From assembly GCA_050258935.1 (NCBI GenBank), contig JBLMZS010000048.1, forward strand, positions 1,278 to 65,277: a stretch of 64,000 nt of DNA, given 5' to 3'. The position numbers and the translations under genes were made by a program. The notes under the pieces were generated by a model, which was not told where the DNA came from, did not search any database, and worked only from the letters and a program-made list of their open reading frames with translations. This document shows positions 17,549 through 27,492 of this stretch, piece by piece. How positions within the stretch are numbered: position 1 is the stretch's first letter; each line of letters starts with the position of its first letter. Source of the stretch: Bacteroidota bacterium (lineage in GTDB: Bacteria > Bacteroidota > Ignavibacteria > Ignavibacteriales > SURF-24).

Positions 17549-20065
17549 ATGAAAACGAAACATTACATCAACAGCGGCTGGAAATTCTGCCTGAAATCTG
17601 ACGATGCAGGGCTTGAAAAAATTATAAGGCGGGGAGTATGGTTTGACGCATCGGTACCCGGTACCATACATACCGATCTGCTGAGACACCGGATGATCGA
17701 AGATCCGTTTTATGCAGATAATGAAAAGTCGCTGCAGTGGATCGGAGAGAAAGACTGGATATACAAAACGGAATTTGACCTGCCTGAAAATTTTGACCCC
17801 GCCAAATCTGCCGAATTACTGTTCGAAGGTCTTGATACTATTGCAGAAGTATTTCTTAACGGGGTGAAGCTGGGTAATGCCTCCAATATGTTCCGTTCCT
17901 ATGTCTTTGATACTACCGGTTCTCTTATGTCTCTGGGTAATGTGCTGGAAGTCCATTTGTCATCTGCCGTAGAATATGCCCGGCATGTCGAAAAAATGCA
18001 CGGCAGACTCCCGGTCGCACTGAATTCAGGTCGTGTTTATATAAGAAAAGCCCAGTATTCGTTCGGATGGGACTGGGGACCCTCGTTTGTCACATCCGGA
18101 ATATGGAAACCTGTCTGCCTGCGCCAGGGAGAAAGAGCAGAAATAGAATATTTCACTTTCAGTACTACCGAAATAGCCGGCAGTTCCGCCTCAGTTACTC
18201 TGAGTGTTTTGGTGAAGAATCCGTCTGAAGAGGATCTGATGCTGGAGGTGAGTCTGAGTGATTCGTCATCTGCAGTATCAAGGCGTTCTGATGTTAGTGG
18301 TAACGGACTAATAAATATCAGCATGAAAGTGGAAAATCCGGTGCTCTGGTACCCGAACGGCATGGGCAAACCGCATATGTATGATCTGAAAATTAAATTA
18401 ACTGACAGATCTAAAAAGATGCTGGATGAAAAACAAACAAAAACTGGAATCAGGACAATATCTCTGCAGACTCGAAAAAAAGATTCTGATCAGAATACTC
18501 TCGGGAACAATCAGACTGCTGAGCCGGGGACAGACTGCGATTTCTGCTTTATTGTAAACGGTGAACCGCTGTTTATTAAGGGAGCAAACTGGATACCAGC
18601 GGATTCTTTTCTCCCCAGAGTTACTGAGGAAAAATACCGCAGACTGATCGGGTATGCCAGGGATGCACATATGAACATGCTGAGGGTCTGGGGCGGCGGA
18701 GTATATGAAGAGGATATGTTCTACAGTATCTGTGATGAAATGGGTATACTCGTTTGGCAGGACTTTATGTTTGCGTGTGCTTCATATCCGGAAATACCCG
18801 AATTCCTGGAGAATGTAAAGTATGAAGTTCAGGAAAATATCAGGCGGCTTCAGCCGCACCCCTCAATTGCCGTCTGGTGCGGGAATAACGAAAATGAATG
18901 GATATGGTACCAGGAACAGAAATCATCATACAGAAATATGCCGGGCTTTGTTATATACCACCAGCTGATTCCTGAAATCCTCTCTAAACTCGACCCGTCA
19001 CGCCAGTATCTTCCGTCTACTCCGTTCGGAGATGATGAGGATCCGAACTCTGAGGCAAGCGGAAACCGGCACCAGTGGGACGTCTGGAGCAGGTGGATCG
19101 ATTACAAACAGGTACGTTCTGATAACAGTCTGTTCGTAACTGAATTCGGATTTCAGGCGCCGGCAAACTACAGCACACTGAAGAGTGTCATCTCCAAAAA
19201 GGACAGATATGTGCAGAGCGAGATATTTGAATTTCATAATAAACAGATAGAAGGCAACGAAAGACTGTTCAGGTTCCTTTCCGGACACCTGCCCGTTTCA
19301 ACAGAGATAAAGGACTTTATATATCTTACTCAGCTCAATCAGGGCTTTGCTTTGAAAGAATGCCTGGAACACTGGCGCCTGAGAAGTGAGCGGACAAACG
19401 GCGCAGTAATATGGCAGCTGAATGACTGCTGGCCTGTTGCCAGCTGGTCACTTGTGGACTCCGGAAATGTTCCGAAACCAGCCTGGTATTTTGCATCAAA
19501 AGCATTTGCACCACTAGTGATCAGTATCAACAGAAACGGGAGTAAATTTGACCTTTCAATACTGAATGATACAGCTAATGTGTTTTCCGGCCGCTATGAG
19601 ATCACTGCAGTATATCTTCCAAAAGCAAAAACAGAATTACTCGACAGCGATATCGTCAGACTCATTCCTCACGAGCACAGGGTCATTCCGGATGTACTGA
19701 CTTCTGAGTATCCCGATCTGAAGAATTTAGTACTTGTGGCCACATTATACGACGAGAAGAACGGCCGTATAAGCAGAAATTTCTATACTCACGATGAATG
19801 GAAGTATATGCAGATACCTGACCCGGGGATTGGATTCAAATTGAAAGAAGATGATGCCGGCGGTAGAAGGCACGGTGAAATAAAAGCTGTATGCAGCAAA
19901 CCTGCATTCTTTGCGACATTTTACAGAAGCCATACCGCATTTTCTGACAACTGCCTTATTATGCTGCCTGGAGAGGAACACGTTTTAGGCTTCAGAAACC
20001 TCAGTCAGGAGGGAGCTTCTTCCAAACTCGGGATATTTACATTAAACGATTACCTGCATAAATGA
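17549..20065 (+). CDS. GH2 beta-mannosidase-like (no signal peptide)
   Basis: FEGLDT, RKAQYSFGWDWGP, KGANWIP, NMLRVWGGG, VWQDFMFAC, WCGNNE, TEFGFQ, WQLNDCWP. Confidence 0.92.
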   Translation: MKTKHYINSGWKFCLKSDDAGLEKIIRRGVWFDASVPGTIHTDLLRHRMIEDPFYADNEKSLQWIGEKDWIYKTEFDLPENFDPAKSAELLFEGLDTIAEVFLNGVKLGNASNMFRSYVFDTTGSLMSLGNVLEVHLSSAVEYARHVEKMHGRLPVALNSGRVYIRKAQYSFGWDWGPSFVTSGIWKPVCLRQGERAEIEYFTFSTTEIAGSSASVTLSVLVKNPSEEDLMLEVSLSDSSSAVSRRSDVSGNGLINISMKVENPVLWYPNGMGKPHMYDLKIKLTDRSKKMLDEKQTKTGIRTISLQTRKKDSDQNTLGNNQTAEPGTDCDFCFIVNGEPLFIKGANWIPADSFLPRVTEEKYRRLIGYARDAHMNMLRVWGGGVYEEDMFYSICDEMGILVWQDFMFACASYPEIPEFLENVKYEVQENIRRLQPHPSIAVWCGNNENEWIWYQEQKSSYRNMPGFVIYHQLIPEILSKLDPSRQYLPSTPFGDDEDPNSEASGNRHQWDVWSRWIDYKQVRSDNSLFVTEFGFQAPANYSTLKSVISKKDRYVQSEIFEFHNKQIEGNERLFRFLSGHLPVSTEIKDFIYLTQLNQGFALKECLEHWRLRSERTNGAVIWQLNDCWPVASWSLVDSGNVPKPAWYFASKAFAPLVISINRNGSKFDLSILNDTANVFSGRYEITAVYLPKAKTELLDSDIVRLIPHEHRVIPDVLTSEYPDLKNLVLVATLYDEKNGRISRNFYTHDEWKYMQIPDPGIGFKLKEDDAGGRRHGEIKAVCSKPAFFATFYRSHTAFSDNCLIMLPGEEHVLGFRNLSQEGASSKLGIFTLNDYLHK

Positions 20066-22641
20066 GGGAGCACGGGAAAATGAAACTGTACCGGATTGTG
20101 TGTTTCTTTATCTCAGCTTCCTCCTTGTTTGCACAGTCATCTGCACAGGGCACCATAGCGGGCCGTCTTTACGACAAGAGAAAAGAACTGTTGCAGAAGG
20201 AATTCACCGCAGATGCCCAGATTGAAACAGGCTCCTCATTCATAGGCGTGGAATTTCACCATGGAAATCCATGCCCACAGAGGATCAGCTATTTTTATCC
20301 TGCTGCAAACAGTGCTGATATAAGCACGGATTACTGGAAGCGCGACAGTACTCACATTATGAAACTCAGGCTCAAGGCAGGAAATTTCTCTGAGGCTATT
20401 GAAACCAAACGGTTCCACACCGTTCTGACACCTTATTCTGTCGTGTTTTCAGACAGCAATAATTTGCGCACCATAAAGATATCATACCGTTTCTGTCTGT
20501 CAAAACCTGCAATGGTGGTCAGCTGCACGATCAGGAATAACTCAAAAACGAAACGGAAATTCGAACTCACTGCAGCGTTCGCGCAGCTACTCAGGACTTC
20601 TCATACTTTTGCGGCCATGTATCCTTCTGCAATGAGATTTTATAGTAAATCAGGTGCGGTCATATCCGAATATAATTACACTCAGACAAGAAGGGCATAT
20701 ACATATATCTGCAATGCCGCCACTGAGGCGGAGTATGCATTCGACAGCAGGCAGATGTACAATCATGATGGCAGCAGCATGGAGCTGTCGGGCATGGTAA
20801 AATCACTGTTTGAAAAAACACCTTCGGCCGGATTTATTTACTCCAGACAGCTTTCATACAATGAAGAGATGAATATCGTGCTGATAGCCGGTACGGCGTC
20901 AAAAGATGAATATGAGGCACATTTAACATATCTCAAAAAAAATTATGAGCGCGAAATAAAAGATTACGAATCAACTGTTCTGAATTATGCTTTCTCTGAC
21001 AGGGTATTCATAAGCAGCGATGAAGATTTTGATGATACAGACAGATGGGCCAGGGCTGTTCTTGCTGTTAACCGGCACTATCTCGATAGTGCGGTAGTAC
21101 CCATGCCGTGTCCGGCTGAATATAATTTTTATTTTACTCATGATGTACTAATGACCGACCTGGCAGTAGTAAATTATGATACCGGTCGCGTCAGGAATGA
21201 CCTGGAGTTCATTGCTTCTCACTGCAGAAAAGATTCGGTAATACCGCATGCGTATTACTGGAAGGAAAGCATGTACGTAACAGAATATGCTTCTGCAGAT
21301 AACTGGAACCATTTCTGGTTTATCATATTGTCTGCTAAATATCTGAGACATTCCGGTGATACGTCCTTTATTCAGAAAATATATCCAAACCTGAAAAAAA
21401 GCAGTGAGTTAATGCTAATTAACCTGAAAGACAGCCTCATATGGGCCTACCGGCCGGACTGGTGGGATATAGGGTGGAAGTGGGGGCCGCGGGCATATAT
21501 GAACATACTTGCTGTGAGGGCGCTCAGGGATTTAAGTTTTATTGATCTTGTTTTGGGAAAGAATACAAGTACCGTAAGTCGTAAAGCACTGCTTGCAGAT
21601 GAAATCAGCAGCAATGTTATGTCAGGCCTGTGGAGTAAACAACATGGCTATATCATGAATTATTTTGAAGACGGCAGCATGGATGAGCATCTTTATATGG
21701 GGTCACTGCTTGCTGCACACATGGGAATAATTCACGGAGCGGAACTTAAAACAATGCTTGCGACGGCTGAAGATAAACTGCTCGATAAAACACTTGGGGT
21801 TTGTACCGTTTATCCGATGGATTTTCACCGTTTGATTGCCTTCTGGAATTTTGCCGGAAATGAGGCCGGCGATCCCTATTTCTATATTAACGGAGGCATA
21901 TGGCAGCATGCAAACGCATGGTATCTTCTGGCGCTGAAGCAGAATGACGAAAGAGGCAAGGCACTCAGGCTGATGAGGAATATCATGACCATCGCGCACA
22001 TTATGCGCAGTCCGAATGGGTATCCGGCTATGCCGGAATACAGAAATGCAAATAAATCGGATGAAAATCAGTACGGCAGAATTGATAAGCCTCAGTTTAT
22101 GTGGGCAGCCGGATGGTATATATACTGTTTATATGAATTGCTTGCTGTTTCAGAGAACAGTTACAACATCACTTTCGATCCCTTTATACTGCACACCGGT
22201 CGCAATATAGAATTTCCAATTGTCTGGAACGGTGAAAACATTCACTGCAGTGTTTCAGGCAGCGGGGAAGTAATAGGAGAAATTACGGTAAATGACGGTC
22301 AGTTATATCCGTCAGCCGTTTTGCCCCGGAAACTTTCGGGTATTCGTAACATATCTGTAAAAATGGGCGTGCCCGGGAATCTGTTACTCAGATCAATACA
22401 GGGCATGCTTGAGGAGGTAAGCCGGACAGGTGACGGAGTGCTCAGAATACGGTCAAAGGCTCCGGCAGGTACAAATGAGAAGATTACTCTGTATTCACCT
22501 TATGAGATCAGGCGTGTAAGTCTGAACGGCAGAGAAATGTCTGAGGGCGTTGAAAGGATAAAAATGAAAGGATATAGTATAACGACAGTTGAATTTAAGT
22601 ATGATGACAAAGAGTGTGTTCTGGAAATTTCCGGTACATAA
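20062..22641 (+). CDS. Exported putative (alpha/alpha)6 glycoside hydrolase-like protein
   Basis: Signal peptide (alternative start 20080); YNFYFTHD, RPDWWD, YINGGIW, MPEY and QFMWAAG resemble inverting (alpha/alpha)6 GH motifs. Confidence 0.6.
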   Translation: MREHGKMKLYRIVCFFISASSLFAQSSAQGTIAGRLYDKRKELLQKEFTADAQIETGSSFIGVEFHHGNPCPQRISYFYPAANSADISTDYWKRDSTHIMKLRLKAGNFSEAIETKRFHTVLTPYSVVFSDSNNLRTIKISYRFCLSKPAMVVSCTIRNNSKTKRKFELTAAFAQLLRTSHTFAAMYPSAMRFYSKSGAVISEYNYTQTRRAYTYICNAATEAEYAFDSRQMYNHDGSSMELSGMVKSLFEKTPSAGFIYSRQLSYNEEMNIVLIAGTASKDEYEAHLTYLKKNYEREIKDYESTVLNYAFSDRVFISSDEDFDDTDRWARAVLAVNRHYLDSAVVPMPCPAEYNFYFTHDVLMTDLAVVNYDTGRVRNDLEFIASHCRKDSVIPHAYYWKESMYVTEYASADNWNHFWFIILSAKYLRHSGDTSFIQKIYPNLKKSSELMLINLKDSLIWAYRPDWWDIGWKWGPRAYMNILAVRALRDLSFIDLVLGKNTSTVSRKALLADEISSNVMSGLWSKQHGYIMNYFEDGSMDEHLYMGSLLAAHMGIIHGAELKTMLATAEDKLLDKTLGVCTVYPMDFHRLIAFWNFAGNEAGDPYFYINGGIWQHANAWYLLALKQNDERGKALRLMRNIMTIAHIMRSPNGYPAMPEYRNANKSDENQYGRIDKPQFMWAAGWYIYCLYELLAVSENSYNITFDPFILHTGRNIEFPIVWNGENIHCSVSGSGEVIGEITVNDGQLYPSAVLPRKLSGIRNISVKMGVPGNLLLRSIQGMLEEVSRTGDGVLRIRSKAPAGTNEKITLYSPYEIRRVSLNGREMSEGVERIKMKGYSITTVEFKYDDKECVLEISGT

Positions 22642-22643
22642 CC

Positions 22644-22703
22644 GCGGCTGTAATAAAGTTATCAGAAACATTATTTCTTCCGGATAAAAGTTATTACAGC
22701 CGC
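22644..22703. terminator. Long imperfect hairpin between convergent genes
   Basis: 13-bp arms GCGGCTGTAATAA/TTATTACAGCCGC with further inner pairing. Confidence 0.55.
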
Positions 22704-22726
22704 AGGCCAGACACAATTTGTCTGAA

Positions 22727-23227
22727 TTAACCTATTCTGAGTGGATTGCAGTAGGTTCTTATTACATTTCTGAGCTTACCGAGTTCAAGCGGCTTGGTCA
22801 GGAAATAGTTGCCGCCGAACATTTTTATATCCTTTTCACTTATCAGCTCCGGATATCCGGTCATTACGACTACCGGGATTTCCGGGTTGTTTTTGCGTAT
22901 CAGTGTAAAAAGCTCAATGCTTGATTTTGTTTTAAGCATAAAATCGGTAATAATCAGGTCGATCTTTTTGCCCTGTATTTTGTCCATCACTTCGTCAATA
23001 TCTGTGGCCGAAATCATATTCAGATTCTCGCTGGTCATCAGTATTTCAAAGGCTTCGAGAATTTTTGTATCATCATCTACAACAAGTACCGTAGGCTGCA
23101 CAACTTCGGCAGCGGTATTTATTTCCGGTTCAGGAGCGGTTTCAGCCGGTCCGGTAAATAATTCGGGTTCAATAGTTGGGGCGCTGTTTTTCTCGTATCC
23201 GGGTTTCACATCATCTGCATATAACAT
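22727..23227 (-). CDS. Single-domain response regulator with Pro/Glu-rich N-terminal extension
   Basis: VLVVDDD, LIITD, MTGY, FLTKP; GGAGG upstream. Confidence 0.88.
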   Translation of the reverse strand: MLYADDVKPGYEKNSAPTIEPELFTGPAETAPEPEINTAAEVVQPTVLVVDDDTKILEAFEILMTSENLNMISATDIDEVMDKIQGKKIDLIITDFMLKTKSSIELFTLIRKNNPEIPVVVMTGYPELISEKDIKMFGGNYFLTKPLELGKLRNVIRTYCNPLRIG

Positions 23228-23404
23228 ATTACCTCCTTTATCTTAATTCAACTGTTACATATATAATATTGTGCCACATAAAAAAGCGAAAAATATGCGG
23301 GAAAAACGATTTTATGCCGTAAATTATGCCAGCAGGTGCCAATTTATGCTTGGCAGTAATAATAACAGGAAATGGCAGTAAAAAGTTCTGGATTTAATAT
23401 GGTA

Positions 23405-24829
23405 TTACAGATCTCTGAAATCTTCAGACTTGATGTTATATTTTTTCATAAGGCGCTGGAGGTTTTGCCTGCTCATTTGAGACAGTCTGGATGCCTCGGT
23501 CACATTGCCGTGTGTTTTTTTCAGTATGTGCTGAAGAAACTTAAGTTCAAAAGATCCGACAGCGGATTCTCTTGCTGCTGAAAAAACGTCGCTGGAAATC
23601 GGGGGTGCGGACTGTTTGTCTGATCCTCCTGAGACTAATTCCTGCAGGTGGTCGCTGAGAATTACATCTCCTTTGGAGAGCATTACCGCGCGTTCTATGA
23701 GATTCTCAAGCTCGCGCACGTTTCCGGGGTAGTTGTACCGCGAAAGCCACTGAACAGCCTGCTTAGAAAAACCCTTAATATTCTTCTTCATGTGAAAATT
23801 ATATTTGGCCAGGAAATAGCTGGCCAGCAGCGGAATATCCTCTTTTCGTTGCCTGAGCGGGGCTATATAGACTACGGCTATATTGATGCGGTAAAAAAGG
23901 TCTTCGCGGAAATTGCCCTTTTTAACTTCGCTGTCGATGTCAGTATTGGATGCGGCGATAAATCTGGCCCGGATGGGGATGGTATCCAGTCCTCCTACGC
24001 GGTCGAGTTCTCTTTGCTGCAGTACACGCAGCAGTTTTTGCTGTATATTTATAGACAGACTGCTGATCTCATCGAGAAAAATTGTGCCGGCTCCGGCTGC
24101 TTCAAATCTGCCTATTTTTCTTTCGACTGCGCCGGTAAAAGAGCCTTTCTCATGCCCGAACAGTTCACTCTCCAGCAGGTTCTCAGGCAGAGCGGTGCAG
24201 TTGACAGCTATAAAGGGTTCGGAGGCATTTGAACCGTGATTGTGAATTGCTCTGGCTACCAGTTCCTTGCCCGTGCCGCTTTCCCCGATTATCAGTACAG
24301 AAGTATAGTTCGGTGTAGTGGAAATTGAACCGATCATTTTATAGACATCCTGCATGGACGAACTGTTGCCCACAATTTCATAGCGTTCGGGGATTTCAGC
24401 CCTGAAGATGTCTGTATGCGGCTGTTTCTGCGGCTGAGTTTTTCTGCTGAGCCGTGCCTTTTTTATGATCTCTCGAACTTTTGAAATGTCAATTGGTTTT
24501 GTGAGATAATCGAAAGCGCCGTTTTGTATTGCTTTTACCGCGGTCTGCATCGTGCCGGCGCCGGTTATGACGATTACCGGTATGGATGAGTCTATTCCTC
24601 TGAGTTTTTTCAAAGCCTCGAGTCCGTCCAGCTTAGGCATGGCTATATCTAAGAAGATTATATCGGGCTTTTCAATTATCGTTTTCGATACGGCATCTTC
24701 ACCGTCTTCGGCCAGTACTGGCAGGTAATTATCCCTTTTCAGCAATGAATCAAATGCAAATCGTATAGATTCATCATCATCCGCGATCATTATTTTGAAT
24801 GAGTCAGGCATAAATAATTTGTCCTGCAT
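23405..24829 (-). CDS. Sigma-54-dependent NtrC-family response regulator
   Basis: REC domain; GESGTGKELVA; ESELFGHEKGSFTGA; FLDE; FREDLFYR; YPGNVRELEN; Fis-type HTH. Confidence 0.95.
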   Translation of the reverse strand: MQDKLFMPDSFKIMIADDDESIRFAFDSLLKRDNYLPVLAEDGEDAVSKTIIEKPDIIFLDIAMPKLDGLEALKKLRGIDSSIPVIVITGAGTMQTAVKAIQNGAFDYLTKPIDISKVREIIKKARLSRKTQPQKQPHTDIFRAEIPERYEIVGNSSSMQDVYKMIGSISTTPNYTSVLIIGESGTGKELVARAIHNHGSNASEPFIAVNCTALPENLLESELFGHEKGSFTGAVERKIGRFEAAGAGTIFLDEISSLSINIQQKLLRVLQQRELDRVGGLDTIPIRARFIAASNTDIDSEVKKGNFREDLFYRINIAVVYIAPLRQRKEDIPLLASYFLAKYNFHMKKNIKGFSKQAVQWLSRYNYPGNVRELENLIERAVMLSKGDVILSDHLQELVSGGSDKQSAPPISSDVFSAARESAVGSFELKFLQHILKKTHGNVTEASRLSQMSRQNLQRLMKKYNIKSEDFRDL

Positions 24830-24841
24830 TTGTTAAACAAA

Positions 24842-27202
24842 TCAGATTTTCAAAGGCAGATAAATCTTAAAGACGGTACCGTGATTTTTTTTGCTGGTTA
24901 CAAGAATAATACCTCCGTGCGCATTTACAGTTCTTTTTACTATTGACAATCCTAGTCCGGAGCCGGTCTTTTTTGTGGTGAAGAAAGGTTCGTATATTTT
25001 GCTTATATGCTCCTTATCAATACCGTCTCCGTTGTCCTTAATTTCTATGCAGGCGCATTCAGTTCCCTTCATCAGTCTTATTTCCTGGCCGTCATCGAGG
25101 CGGTTACGGATTCCGATGTGCCTGCTTTTAGTGCCGAAATCGTAATCATTTATAGTATGGTCTAATACAACCGGTTTTGTAGTTACAGTTATTGTCTTTC
25201 CTTCCATATCCGGAGAGCTGAACGATTGTATTGCATTCAGCAGAAGGTTGATAACCATTTCCTTTATGCTGGTGGAATGCAGTATTATCGGCGGGATCTG
25301 TGGATCGAGTGATTTAATTATCTCCACATTCTTTTTATTTGCCTGCATCTGCACAAAGCTTATGCAGCTTTTGATGATATTGTTCAGTTCTTCGATCTGG
25401 AGCTCCACCGGCGCCGGATGTGCAAAGGTCAGAAGCTGCTGCACTATGTTTTCCATATGCTGAATTGAATGGACAGCCACACCAAACGAATTTTTTTCTT
25501 TCTGAGTAAGATTATTCGATTCATTCAGCAGCTGGATTATCATTTTAACAGATGTAAGCGCATTGCGGAATTCATGGGCAATCATGGCACTCATTTCACC
25601 AATGGCCATTAGTTTCTCGGTCTGTATCATCTGCTGCTCAAGCTTCTTGCGTTCGGAGATATCGCGCGAAACAATTACCCCGCGTATCTCTCCGGATGCA
25701 GTGGTAAACTTCTTACCGGCACTCTCGAACCATATCCATTCACCGTCTGCATGCTTGAGTCTGAGAATTGCGCGTCCGGGATTCTTTCTCAGTTCCCTGA
25801 TCACATTTGGAATGTCATCCAGATGAATGTAGTCGAGAAGATTATTCTTTGCAAATGCTTCGGGTGAATAGCCCAGCAGTTCGTGTACATTGGGACTGAT
25901 ATATAGTATATTCAGCTCATTGCCTACCTCACTGATCAGATCATACGAATTTTCGGCGAGTGTTCTGTATCGTTCCTCACTGTCCTTCAGCAGCTGTTCG
26001 GATTTTTTTCTGTTAGTAATATCTATCATCACCCCCACTATTCCGTATACGGAATTATCCTGATTATATAAAACCGCTTCGGTCACCAGGACATCATGCG
26101 GTGTTCTGTCCGGATAATTGAATTTAGTCTCATATAACTGTATGCCGCTTTTCTGGAAGTTATCCGGGTTGTACCTGATAAATCGTTCTGCCTGTTCAGA
26201 AGATATAAGCTCATGTATCGGCCGGCCGATAATTTCCTCTTTTCGGAACCCCAGAAAGTTTTCAAACGCAATGTTGCAACCCTGGAATACTTCTTCAGTA
26301 TTCTTGTAATAGATCGGGTTAGGTATGGTATCGATAAGTTTCTGCAGCAGCATATACTGCTGCTTGAGTGCGTCTTCTGCATTTTTACGGTCGGTAATGT
26401 CGATGATGAAACCATCAAGGCGTATCAGCTCACCGGATTCATCTGTGAATACGGTAAATGTATTTGATATCCACCTTATTGAACCGTTCTTGTGTATGAT
26501 CCTGTGTTCAATGTTTGTCTGCTGACGGTTCTGAGTGAGGTTCATAAAGAAATTATTTATATGTGTACGGTCGTCGCGGTGCACCATTTTGATCCACAGG
26601 TCCGGATCGTTTGCATATTCTTCAGGAGTATAGCCGGTAATGCTGATGCAGCGGGGACTGTGGAATGACGAGATGGCCATGTTATCTTCATAAAATACAC
26701 TGTATATGTAGCCGTTAAGGTTCTGAATGACCGAACGAAAACGTTCCTCACTTTCCTTAAGAGCTTCCTCGTAATGCTTGCGCCCGGTAATATCATGGCA
26801 TACAATGAGCAGTGCCCATTCACCCTGAAAATTGAACGGCGAGATGACGATATCAACAGTCAGTCCGGTGCCGCTGAGGCACATGAGTTTTATTTCAAAT
26901 GAGCGGCTTTCACGGCCTTCTACGATTACCTGCCTGAATTTCTCTCTGACTGCTTCCTTGTAGTCCGGATGCACGAAATCGATGAATGCTTTTCCGGTGA
27001 TCTCATCGGTGGAAGCTAACCCCAGGAGCTTTGAACCAGCCGGGTTAATGAATATAATTTTCCCTTCGGAATGGACAAGAACCATGTCCGACAGAAAATA
27101 TACCAGCTGCTGGTATCTGTCTTCGCTTTCTTTTAATGCTTTTTTTATCTGCCTGTCTTCCAAAAAGATTCTCCTTTCTGTCTCAGGAAGATTTGCCATC
27201 AC
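24842..27202 (-). CDS. Soluble multi-PAS sensor histidine kinase
   Basis: Four PAS/PAC repeats ending DIT.RK or DISERK; H-box AHEFRN; NLLLNA; DNGDG; FFTTK..GSGLGL; no TM segment seen. Confidence 0.93.
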   Translation of the reverse strand: MMANLPETERRIFLEDRQIKKALKESEDRYQQLVYFLSDMVLVHSEGKIIFINPAGSKLLGLASTDEITGKAFIDFVHPDYKEAVREKFRQVIVEGRESRSFEIKLMCLSGTGLTVDIVISPFNFQGEWALLIVCHDITGRKHYEEALKESEERFRSVIQNLNGYIYSVFYEDNMAISSFHSPRCISITGYTPEEYANDPDLWIKMVHRDDRTHINNFFMNLTQNRQQTNIEHRIIHKNGSIRWISNTFTVFTDESGELIRLDGFIIDITDRKNAEDALKQQYMLLQKLIDTIPNPIYYKNTEEVFQGCNIAFENFLGFRKEEIIGRPIHELISSEQAERFIRYNPDNFQKSGIQLYETKFNYPDRTPHDVLVTEAVLYNQDNSVYGIVGVMIDITNRKKSEQLLKDSEERYRTLAENSYDLISEVGNELNILYISPNVHELLGYSPEAFAKNNLLDYIHLDDIPNVIRELRKNPGRAILRLKHADGEWIWFESAGKKFTTASGEIRGVIVSRDISERKKLEQQMIQTEKLMAIGEMSAMIAHEFRNALTSVKMIIQLLNESNNLTQKEKNSFGVAVHSIQHMENIVQQLLTFAHPAPVELQIEELNNIIKSCISFVQMQANKKNVEIIKSLDPQIPPIILHSTSIKEMVINLLLNAIQSFSSPDMEGKTITVTTKPVVLDHTINDYDFGTKSRHIGIRNRLDDGQEIRLMKGTECACIEIKDNGDGIDKEHISKIYEPFFTTKKTGSGLGLSIVKRTVNAHGGIILVTSKKNHGTVFKIYLPLKI

Positions 27203-27492
27203 CGCTGTACAATACAGGAAACAGGGGCACTAATATTTTTTAATATACAAAAAATTAAAAAAAGAAATAGCGGCATACCAAATAGAAAAAATCCTTTAAA
27301 TTTGTTATAATTACATTCAGATTGCATGGCATTTTACTGCCCTATGTTGCACGTGACATTATCTGTGCAACAAGAGTTCCGGATAAATTTTTATTTGAAA
27401 AATCAGACTTATGAACCATGTCTAATTTTCATTCAGAATTCAAAATTTACATCGTTCATTAGCATTTACCTACTATAAAATCGGATATTGTC

